A DNA stretch of 64,000 nucleotides, taken from contig OZ365118.1 of the NCBI GenBank assembly GCA_977030845.1, forward strand, positions 21,080,001-21,144,000. Direction: 5' to 3'. Below the pieces are notes generated by a model, which worked only from the letters and a program-made list of their open reading frames with translations, did no database searches and was not told the DNA's origin. This DNA comes from Fimbriosthenelais zetlandica (lineage: Eukaryota). A program made the position numbers and the translations under genes. Numbering within the stretch: position 1 is the first letter of the stretch; every line of letters starts with the position of its first letter. Of this stretch, positions 14,650-26,600 are shown one piece after another.

Positions 14650-17600
14650 ATGGGACAGAATAACTCTACTGACAAACGTTACCGACACGGGCATTACGAA
14701 CCACCCCCAGGTAACAACCCCGAATTGTTCTTCCTCGATGGGGAACACAAAAGGGAAAGGACCAGCTCCTTTGGGAGCAGTCGCAAAAAGGACAGATATG
14801 TGCTGGAAACAAGGGAGAAGGATAAGAACAGATATAACAGCAGACAACGACCCACCAGTGAATCAGACCGGTGGTTGTCAAATGAAGACAGGGACAAACT
14901 GAGGTCAGTCTCAAACAATGGCAAACAAAACGTCAGAAAACAAAGTCACAAAGAGTCTGAGAAATATTCCTCGAGTTTGGACAGAGAAGTGTTAGTCAGA
15001 AACAAGGGGAATCAAAACAAGAACAACAGGACGAGGAGTAGTAGCTTCTCTAACAGGGACAAGACAGAGAAGGACAATAAAGTGGTTAGACACAGCACTG
15101 TGAGGGAGAAGAATGGCTACACTGCTCAACATGAGCAACTCCCAGAGGAGCAGCTCAATTATAGCAGTGATAGGCAATATATATGCAGACCAGAGAGTGT
15201 GCCTAACAACAGAGAAGGCCTTCCTCCTCCTCAGCCTGTTGGAAAACAGCAAGAAGATCATAAATACATCCTTTCCAAGCAGGATAGGGAAAAAGAGGGA
15301 ATAGCTATTCGCAGATTGGAATCCTATAGGAAGAAGAAGGCTGCATTGACAAGTAGTCACAGGGAACAACAACAGAAGCCAGGTCAGCAACAGCCGCAAC
15401 AAAAACGGCCACTGTCAGGACAGAAGGAACTGCAGATAGGACAGAAGCAGCAACTATCAGGACAGAAAGAGGTGCAAGTAGGACAGATACAGGCGCTGCC
15501 ACTACAGAAAGAGCTGCAAACAGGGCATAAACAGCAACTGCTAGGTCAGAAACAGCAACTGTCAATTGGGAGGAAACAGCAGCTGTCAGTGCAGACTGAG
15601 TTGGCAATAGGTGAGATAAAGCCACTGCCATTCCAGAGAGAGTTACAGATCGGACAGGTAGAGCAACAAACGGTGCTGAAACCGCTGCCAAAAGACCAGC
15701 AAGAGGAACCGCCAAACCAGCTGCAAAAACGTCCATTATCCGTGCCAATAATCCACCCAGAACGGGCAATCCTCATCCAGAGCAGCAACATCAGCCGAGA
15801 CAAAATCAGCCCCGATACTGTCAATAAGAGATTTTCGCTCGATGCTCTCTCGAAGGAGCGTCAAAACCAAAGGCAAAGACTGCCTTCTATAGAAGAACAG
15901 AAACTGGTCGTGGTCGAAAACGTAAAACCCACTGTGATAGAGGAGTTAACAGAGCAACAAAGGAGTAAATTAAGACTTAAAAACATCCCAATAATTAATA
16001 ATAATTACACGGGAGCTAATGATGCTTGGAAGAAGCATGAACGGAGCAAAAGTGATAACACCCATGTGACCAGTGATAAGGGTAAAGACAAGGCTGATCT
16101 TACTAAACTCACTGAAGGGTATGGTAGTACGGTACTTAGCACTGTTACTTCAGCTGCTGTTACTTCTACTTCAACTTCTACTTCATCTACTTCAGTTTCT
16201 ACTTCCAATACTGCTCCTAGAGGCAGCCAAATACCAGTCAGGGATCGTAATTATATGCTCATACTCCCAGCTCCTGAAAACAAGTCCAAAAATGGTAAGT
16301 TACAACATCAACAACAACCCGAGGGTCTTAACATATTTTCTTTAATTGGATTTTAGGACTTTATGTTGATGTTGACTTGCCAAACACACCAATGTCACCC
16401 TTATTGCGAAAACATATTGGGATATGTCCGTCGTAGTATTTGGAAGAAAGACCATTTTTTGCAGTGTAGGTGACTTCAGAGAATGATATGTTTTATTTTT
16501 GACAAACAAGAAGAGATGCTTATATCTAGGCCGCCCACTTTGTCAATGTTGTCCATGCTTGGTGGACCACAGGCGCTGGTTTTTTCACTGCTGAAATTAA
16601 TGGTGCTCTACGTCAAAGAACGAAACGATTAAAACAAATAATTTCAGGGATACATAATGTAAAAATATAGGTACAGACGTGTACATATAATTTTGACAAA
16701 TGACCCAGCATATATCTATTACGTATATGTTACATATTTAATATACAATTTCATGATTTGACACATTGAATGGTAAATGGTTTAAGTAATTCTACACCAC
16801 CATAATGTGTGTATGATTAAGGTGTCTGTAGACCTCAGATCGGCCAGGCATGTAGTGTGTCAGTGCCCTCAGCTATACCAGCCGCACCATCCATACATAA
16901 TAACCTCATGTGCTACAGATTACATTGTTTATCACCATCACCACAATGATTCTAATACATCAGGCTTTATATGAACGCTTCCGACACATTACCGGGATTG
17001 GGTGGTATTTTATTCTACCATTACTCTACCATCAGCCAATTATTTCATACATTCCACTGCATTTCCGATTAGCATTCCAAATCCCAATATCATTGAAATA
17101 TCTGGGTTACTGTGCTAATTCACAAAAGTCATTTCTGCCTCAAAGCACATGTTTAATTATCAATTATCAACAGATGTTTGTAGAACAGCTGTAGAAGCCA
17201 GGCATTATATATTCTGGGAGTTATGCAAGCCTACATGTTTTAATGCAGGGTGTCCATATTGTCCCAGTAAAATAATAGGCAGACATGTTCTGCCATGTTC
17301 AATCTACGTGCCAACATCAATAGCAAGTAGGCTTAGGATCACACTGGGGAGCAGTTACTGGCCCAGGGGTTTGTTAGGACTTGTTAAAAATGATATAGCA
17401 AGATATGTATTCATATTACTGTAGTGCCAAATCTAGCCCAGGTCAGCATGTGCTGTTCTTATCTACTGCACTGAGATATACCAGAGGAAATCTGGCGTGG
17501 CCTCTCTTAATATTGGTATATAAGTATACTATAAATTAAATTTAAGATTGTGTATGAATATATAGGACTTCTTCAATCCCTCTGTTATTTGGCCCTTAGT

Positions 17601-20600
17601 AGCCTCTGCCACACAGGCCTGTTTTCTCACTGTTTCTCCCTTTCTCTACCCACCACCTCCACTCACTCTCCCTTTCTCTTTCTCACTCTCTATATATCTA
17701 CCCGCTTATAGTTGGGGTTAAGGGGTGAGTGATTCTCCATGCTCTCTTGCCCAGCTAAGTACTCCACCACCTGTCCCACCTTACTATGTAGAGAAGTGAA
17801 GTACATCAGACAAAACCTGACACAATACAGACAGCCATGGTAGGGGGTCAGTATTAGGGTCTAATGGTGGAATCATGTGACCCGGGGAGGGTCACAGCTG
17901 ACCCGGGGAGGGTCACAGCTGCCCCTGATAATCTCATACATAAGTGGCATCTTCCTGTCATAATCACTTAATGAGATCAGATTTTGTGACAATTTTCTAG
18001 GAACATTAAGTCATAAAATGACATCAGTCTTTCTGACAACATAATATTTATCCCAGTTTTAGTCTAAAATGTTCATTTATTCTTGAGTAGTCAGAATCAA
18101 AGGCGAATTTCGAGGCATTTGGATCCACGTCTGTTGCTCACATGTATTAAATAACTGTTACCTCGCGTGACATAGAGATCTATGAGAACAGTCCAACCAT
18201 TGTAGTAGAGAACAATTACTAACTCCACTCCATTATTATTCACAGATTTTTCATGCTCGGGGAGAAAAGATAAAGACTTTTCTGGCTCTTGGAGGCCTGG
18301 GCTGGGATCTGGTAATGATTTATATATAGCTTTGCCCGGAGTTTGGCACGTATCACGTTTATACCGAACATATAATGTTACTTCTCTATTACTGCGCAGT
18401 TAATGCAGTTTAAAATTCGAATGAAGTCATTTGGATTTTAAAAGGTCAAGGTGTATAAGATTTCAAATTCAATCCACTATATTTATGGAGTGTGGAATTA
18501 TAGAAAGTTAATGAGGCCAGACACTAGACAGCTGAAGACAAATAGTAACCATTGTTGCTATTGTGAGTCAGTGAACTGAGAAGAAACAAAAAATCTCTCT
18601 TTATCGATTACTTTTCCGTGAGGTCATTAATTACTATAGACGTGTGATGATTGCACGCTCCCTGACTGAATGTAATCTGGTGAGAGCAGGACATACTTTA
18701 TACTGAAGTACATGAAGGCTGAACTGTGATATATAGCAGATTAAGCTGATAAACTCGTTAATCTGACCCCCGCCTCTTATAAATCAAATGAATCGACTTA
18801 CTAGTTACATATATCATGGTTAATCTCTTCAATTGGAATAACTTCTAGGATATAATTACTTTCATTTTTTGATTAATTTCTCATGTTTGTTTAAACGAAT
18901 GAAACATATTCAGATACACCACCCATTAGATATATTTTCGTCAATAAATTTCATAAAAACACAGCAATTTCTGCAACATCTGAGGCCAATTTGATAATAA
19001 ATGACGTAATTATAGATTATGACAGGTCCCCTAGAGAGCTGTACATTGTGAGGCCACAATGCTTTCCAGTGAATGCACATCATAATGTGAAATATAATCT
19101 TTCAAAAATCAAACCTTTTGACATATTTTCCTGTGTATATTTGAATATACGGTGACACTAGCTGACCTTAGGTACAAAAGCTCATGTTGAAGTGGAGCTA
19201 TTCTTGCTGGTCTTTAGGGGAGTGTATTACCCTACACAAACTCTACAAATTAGAGCCTTTTCTATAGAAGCCCCGGCTATTTAACTCTGTGTAGGCCGTA
19301 TTGAAGGCCGCCTGTGTATATTAGGTGGCTTATTTATTCTGGGTTACTGCCCGTGTTTAGATCTACCAGGGCTGCCAGAGAGAAATTGATGAAAAAAGGG
19401 GGCGGGGTAAAGTAGGCGGGTGAAAGTGCCAAAACATTGAGACCAAATCCAATAAATATTGAAAATATTGAGATCATTTGTCAGTGGAAATTATAGGGCA
19501 AAATTAAGTGTTAACATTAGTTATATTTAGGGTAAAACTAGGGGGCATTGCCCTTTTTGCCCCCTCTTCCATTCTGTATGCCCCCGGCTACCAGGCATAA
19601 ATCCAGGGTACATAGATAGGGGATCTGGCAGAGGTGATGGGGAAAGGGTTACAAAGGTCCATACACCCGTACTTACAGGGTTAAATACATCATTCCTCAT
19701 CCCATTCTCTACTGGAGAACTTCCGCCGCTTTTATACATATTTATATCAATATTAATAGACCAAATCAGTGGATATAATACAAGCCTCAGATATTTAACT
19801 TTGCTTTTTTTTTTCTTTTTTTTTTAAACAAATATTTGAAAAAACCTCCAGGATATACTTTATGTTTACTGCTTCGCAGAAACTGATCTTTATTTCATTT
19901 CATAAGAAGAGCTTTAGAAGTTGTTTTTTCCCAATATTTCTCATAAATTTAAATAAAGAAGTGTTCTTGGAATAAGAAATCCATTGAGGCCCATTTCCTC
20001 TATTTCTAGGCTTTGAATATCGAGTACATATTTCGCAGTACAGTAACAGCTCATTTCTCTTTATGTCTATTATTTTTCTTTATAAACTATTTATCTCATT
20101 TTGTGAGTCAGATAATGATATCATTTATTATCACCGATATACAAAGACCATCTCCCCTTCATATGTCACCCGCCCTATATGTCACCCAAAACCATCAACC
20201 TGTTCCACTGTGGAGGACCCCTCCCTCTCCTCCCACACATAAAACAACTTTATTCACAAGGTCTCTTCTTCTTTTTTAACCGCAACTGGTTCAAAGTGTT
20301 TGGCCTGGATGAAGAGGGATTAAAAAGCAGCAGAGAAGTTGTTTTCTGAAGGGCGGAATGTGTTTATATCAGTCCTTTACCCCTTTATTGCGTGTGTGTA
20401 TCCAGCTGTGCTCTCCCTTTTCCCACAGTATATTTCTATCAAACAATCCCCTCGACTTGCCTTAACCACCAAAATATATTTCAAATTTTATCATTTTGAA
20501 AACAACTTTCCCATTTATGGCTGCTGGGTTTGTGCCTTTTCAACTGAGGTTAATTTTATACCTCTTTAAAAAGGCTTTGGACATTTTTCTCTCAAGTGAT

Positions 20601-23600
20601 TTTAACTTTATTGTATATAAAAATGGAATAAAAACAAAGGCTTGGGCAAGTCTGATCCCACTCCCTCAAGGATAGGTCTCCTCCCAATGAATTCCTGAGC
20701 TTTTCTAATAGGGTTCATCCCACTGTCCTTGTGCAATTAAACAGCAACCAATCTTGCTATTTATAAGTTTGTTTTGAGATTTTTCTTGAGAAAAAATCCT
20801 CAGTAACAAAAACAAATGTTTATTTTGCATACCTGGAAGGGACCCCTTTTCACTCAGCCATCTAATTGCCATGGTCGTTGGGTACTGGAGATCTGATTCT
20901 CAGAAAAAAAAAGAAAACAATAAAACCCACCAAAACAACTCAATATAAAGAAAAATTCTTCTGGTCTGCCATAGCCTAAATGGGACCCACAACGGGAAAT
21001 ATTTGTGGAATGAACATACATCCTTTGCTTTCAATCCTTACATTTTCCTTTGTAACAAGATGTTGTGGATATAGAGATTATAAGATGGACTTATGGTATA
21101 AAGTCCTCCCAGTGATTACTTTGACCTCAATCGTTTTGTATAGTGACTAAACAGAGCGCAAAACTTGGCAGAGGACAATTGGATTTCCTTAAAGTCTGTA
21201 AAGCTAGAGCAAGAGCTACATATGACCCTGATATGCTTCCTTAGTTTTATCATTCCCAACATAAGGGAACACGTCAAAATATTATATGGAGACTCTATGG
21301 GTTCTATCTCCGCTTGTGAGGTACTTTAACCTTTAGTATGAATGACATCTCGTCCTGAGATAGTTTGAAATCAATTAATAAGTTTGATGTTTCCCCTAAT
21401 TTGTGAAGGTAAGATCAAAGAATGACTACTCATCTTGACAAGGTGATGAGTACAGAGGGCATGCGTGATGCTGGGATCTTACTGTACTATTGTTAGTGAC
21501 ACACCATGTGTAATGACCCCTGCCCCCCAACCCACCCACATGTGTAATGACCCCTGCCCCCAACCCACCCACATGTGTAATGACCCCTGCCCCCAACCCA
21601 CCCACATGTGTAATGACCCCCGCCCCCAACCCACCCACATCTCTACTCACGCCATGTGTAGTATTGAATGGTGATGGTGGGAGGGAGGATTGGGCTTATT
21701 AACTCACCCTAAACTGTCAGTGATAAACCAAGCCAAGACAAACGCCCGGGAGGTACGTTTATCACACGTAAAGTTAGGTGACGTCATGTCAGGGCTTGGG
21801 TCGTTATCATTCTCCAAATCCCACCCACATTGTGTTTTGAATCTTGTGAGCTTTCTTGAAGTATTTCACATTGAAAATAACCAATATTTCTACTGCCTTT
21901 GGTCTGGGGGGTTGTTGAGGGCCAAAAAGGGGGCCAGGTAGGCTGGGATAAACTGATTGTTTAATAAAAAATTCAGGGTATGGGGAGGGGCTGAGGACCC
22001 TGCTTCTGCAGTGGTTATGACCCAATATATTTTCAGCTTTGTTTCCAACTTTGCATCTTTATTAATCCATTACTTATGATATTTTATTTTTGTGTTTTGC
22101 AGACCAGAACCGTAACAAAGCCACCAAGTCGTCTTCGTCCTCGTCATCGGTCACTAAGCGTCCGTCTAACCCGCCTGATGTGCTCACTAACTCCGTGCTC
22201 GAGCCGCCAGGCGCCGCTGAGGAGATCGCGCGACTTGAGGCACTGTGCGAAACGCGCACCAAACAACTCAACCTGGCACGCATGCGTCTACGCGCCAGCG
22301 CTTCCGGCTTCGACGCCATGACCGTCTTAGTGAAGTACTTGACAGAAGAGGTGAGCAGTGGAAAATATACTAAATTTATTATGTTAAAAATTAAGTTTTC
22401 ATTTAGAAAGAACTAGGCCACTTTAGGCCAGTTGGGAAGTCTTTTTGCCTTCTTGGAAGGAAAGCAGGCCACTTTAGATCAGTTGGGAAGTCCTTTCATC
22501 ACTTTAGAATGAACAAGGCCACTTTAGAGGCCAGTTGGGAAGTGTTTTGCGTCTTGGAAGGAACCAGGACACTTTAGACCAGTTGGGTAGTTATTTCATC
22601 CCTTTAGATTGAACCAAATCAAAGCTAGCCGGATGTAGACCTACTCACTGCAGTCCCTCATTGGTATTACAGATTAAGGGATGAAGAACTAGTCTTATTT
22701 AAACCTCTACAGGAACTATCTGGTGCCCAAGCTTTTTGGCAAACAACTGTTTTTGCTTGGAATAGAAGTGCACCCTTGGTGGAAGAGCAAACGCCTAGTG
22801 TGTGTGTCTTGTACACAGGCATGGCAGCCACCTTGATGTGTTATGAATAACGTTATGTATGGGACCTACCGTGACACCATTTCCATGACCTTTTATGGGC
22901 ATACAAACATGTTATGATTCAGCTTTATTCTGTGTCAAAATTGACAAATATAGTTAGCCAGGTCACTGCCTTAAACTATCCTCTATTCAGCCCTCTTAGT
23001 CTAAAAGTCAATAAAAGTGAATTTAAAATGCTACTTTCAAGACCTTCTGGAGCATTTTACAATTTACTGAGACTGCAGAAGCCTTAGAAGCATAGTTACA
23101 GCCTGTGTTTTAATCTAAAAGTTAAATTAAGATATCTTTTATTTTCGGAAAGATTGCAAAATTGGACTACCAGATTTTGTCAAAATCGGATATGATTTCT
23201 AGATCATGACTAAGTCCCTTTTTAGCATCAGAAGCTTTCCACATTTCATACTAGAGATCAGTGGTAAATAACTATTAGTTTTAAAGTTTTTTAAAGCTAC
23301 ACCTGTGAAAGTGAACACACAGATGCCATTTGTGAACCATTTGGCAAATGTCAATAAGGCAGTCACACTGCCAGGCGTGGAACTGGGCCATGCATGTTTT
23401 ACAGGCAGACGCTTGACAGACGTGTTAATATCACACAGAATAGCTGGTGTATTGTCTATGATCTAGGTTAAATATCACACTAACTACCCCACGTAACAAG
23501 CCAGCAAAATACCATCAAAATGATAAAAATAAAAAACAGAAACAATGCTTAAAACATCAACCAAAAGAAGAGGAAAACAAAGAGACATTTGAAACTGACT

Positions 23601-26600
23601 GGTAGCTCTAAAAAGGCAAAATATTTTTCAAAGAGAGATTGAATTGAACATATAACGTTCAGGAAGCTAAATATTAGCAATAAAAACTGGGGAGTATATC
23701 TCGCTTTCGAGACTATATAAATAGACTGAGGCTGCTGCTAATAGCTGAGAAAAACTCAAACCATTTTTCAAATAGAGTAGGAAAACATGTTAAAGGGAAT
23801 ATGTTGAACTTAAAGAATCAAAATAACAGAAAAAGACAAGGAAGTATAACCTGAGCTGCCTGCGTAGATAGACAGAGCGGGCTCCCATAGCTAGAGGCCT
23901 TACACCGCTCCTGGGTACAAATCAATAATAATAAAACTTTTCCCCTAAATATGATCCAGATCTATAATCATAAATGTCTGTGGCTGCGGTGTGTGGCCGG
24001 GTTTTCCGCACTTTTGAGCATGAAGCTGATAACCTATATCATATGTTGAATTCTAGCAGAAAGATTAGATTGCGGCTTGATATGGGGGTATGGTTCATAT
24101 AGGAATATACCCCACAGATGTGGTATTATACACATATGCTGCCATGGTCTTATTATACATATAAATTAGGTAATAGATGTATAGCCATCCATATGATGCC
24201 ATATGCAGAGAATATAGTGGAAGAGGGATGCAAAGTTAGAAAGATCGAGAGAGACCCTGTCTCAGACAGGCAGAGAGACAGATAGGGATAAGGGAGAGAG
24301 AGAGCATTACATGTGAAGACAGTTTTTTCGCCTTGTGCCATGCGGGGACAGTGGGGGTTTAGTTAGGATGTGGGGAGAGGTCCGGGGGAGAGGTAAGAGG
24401 AGATGTATCATCTTGTTAGACCAGGTGTGAACAATCTAGAGGTGTGTTGGTCCGGGGTTGGGGGCTGAGACGTCCCCCCATCAGATGATGAGCACAACTT
24501 GAACCAACAAAAGACTTCAACTCCAATTTTTTGCCATCAATTTTTGCCTTCTTACGTTATTTATTTCATTAACCTTTTTCTCTCCATCCTTTCATATTAC
24601 TCTCTCCTCGTCCTTCCCCTCATTCCTCTTTCTGTCTTTCTCATTCCCTCATACCCTCTCATTCCCTCATTCCCTCTGGCCCCTCTTTCTCCACTTTTCT
24701 TTCTCCCTTTCCGTCTATCTTTCTCGTTCTCTCCATCTTTCTGCCTCTCCCTCTCTACTTTCCCTCTCCACCATACTCCCTCCATAAAAATTCAAAATAA
24801 CTACCAGTTTCTAAACTATACCTCTATAATAAAAAGCTGAATCAGACGCGTGTTTCTATGCAAGGTAATGCTAGAACTAACAAAGCTTGACCGGCTCCTG
24901 GTGAGCTGCTCAGACCTGCTCAAGTGGGAGCAGATGATGGGAGGAGGAGGAGGAGCGGGGATGAGTCAGTCCAGACCCGGGTGTAGGCTGAGTGGCTGTG
25001 AGCTGGTTGATTATAAGGAGCTGCTCTAACTAGTCTGCCATGTTAAGTTGGTGATAAAGTAAGCAGTCCCCTCGTCCAGGCAGAATAATATTGGTTCAGG
25101 CGGGCTGGGGACTCAGCTGCCTCCTCCATCCTAACAAAGAATCACTAGTTTCTTTCTGGGATCATTTTTGATTAAAAAATCTTGAATTTAGTTCTTGGGA
25201 AACATTGAGTTGGCTTCCTTGTTGCTTTGTGATCACTCTTATTCATCTTGATTCTTGGCACCTATTTCTCCTCCAATTGCTTTCCATTATTTTTCAAATT
25301 AAGAATTATAGAAAGTCTTTCCTCTCATCCATGATTTTGGAGATGACTGGTGTGGAGGGAGGGGGAGGGGCGTCAGGGGATCAGCCCACAGAAATTTAAG
25401 GGGCGTGGCCCAGCCCTGTCACGCAAGAAATTTAATACTTGAGTGACAATAACATGTTTAAAAAAGAAGGGGTTGGGTCCTAAACCCCAGGATGTCTCCC
25501 CCAATTCCAACTCGACACCTTCGCAGAATTCCTGTTTATAACACCCTGATCCAAGAAGGAAATTTAGTGAAGAATTTATGTCATAATAAGACCTTTAACC
25601 CCCCAAACCCATACCTGCCGTGAGTGGGCAATGAAGGCTGTAAAAGTAGAGCTAACTATCCAGATGTGAGCGTGGTCGGCATATCTGAGAAGTGAGATTT
25701 CTTCACGTGGAAGGCGTTAGTTATCATGATAGTCGGTATAGGGGTTTATGGTGCTGGATGCCCCAACCGGGGCCCATGTTTATACCCGGTGTCTATACAT
25801 CCAGCTAGATGGCTCCAGTATGCAACTCTGGTGTCTATCTTTCTATTAATTTGATCTTGGGAAATTCTGGAATGCATATGTTACTTCAGACTGCGTTTTG
25901 ATCCATAAATAGTATCATTTGTTTGGTATACATGGGTTCAGGGTACATGTATTTTGCTAATAACTTAGCTTCAAAAATTGTAACTTTAGACTGCATTTGG
26001 ATAAATGTAGGCCTATAATTATCTGTAAGATTTCAGAGGTTACACTTGAGAATGCCAGGGGAGTGTTTCAAAGTTAGAAAAATGTTTTAGATAAGGTTCA
26101 GTTGAATAACCCAGAGCAAAGCAATCCCTGACTTTAGCTGCTTGTCCTTGCCACGACCATCTCCCTCCACCTCACCCCAAACCCCCTTACACCCCCATAC
26201 CCGCTCCCACCCCACCACCCTACCCTCACCCCAGCCCCAGCTGTATTTGATTTATGAGTATAAAAAATGAGCGAGTTTACGTCATGAATGGTCTTGGTCG
26301 TTACCGCCACCAGCGCCCTCTACTTGACGTCATGTTTAACGTCACACACGACATCTGAACATCCGGGCATTCCCTCCACTCTAACAACTACAACCCCCCC
26401 TGCTGGGCTCCTGATTTAAAATATCTCATTGAACTCGGGTCGTCTGTTTGAAGCATAATGAATATGTATGTAAAACGCCCAGGGAATTCTAAAAGTTAAT
26501 CAGAGAGGTTTGTGAAATAGGCGAGCATGGCATTTTAGTCGTGTAAAGGTGGATGGAACAGAATGATTCATCACAGCTTCTGAAATACGCTCATGTCAGT

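Noticed and set aside
14638-16208. Several antisense ORFs over the large MTUS exon (also over ETFDH, Kelch and IQCM exons)
   Set aside because: Shadow frames of real coding sequence.
23366-23420. Very degenerate tRNA-like string on the minus strand
   Set aside because: B-box is corrupted and the A-box is not recognisable; too weak to call.
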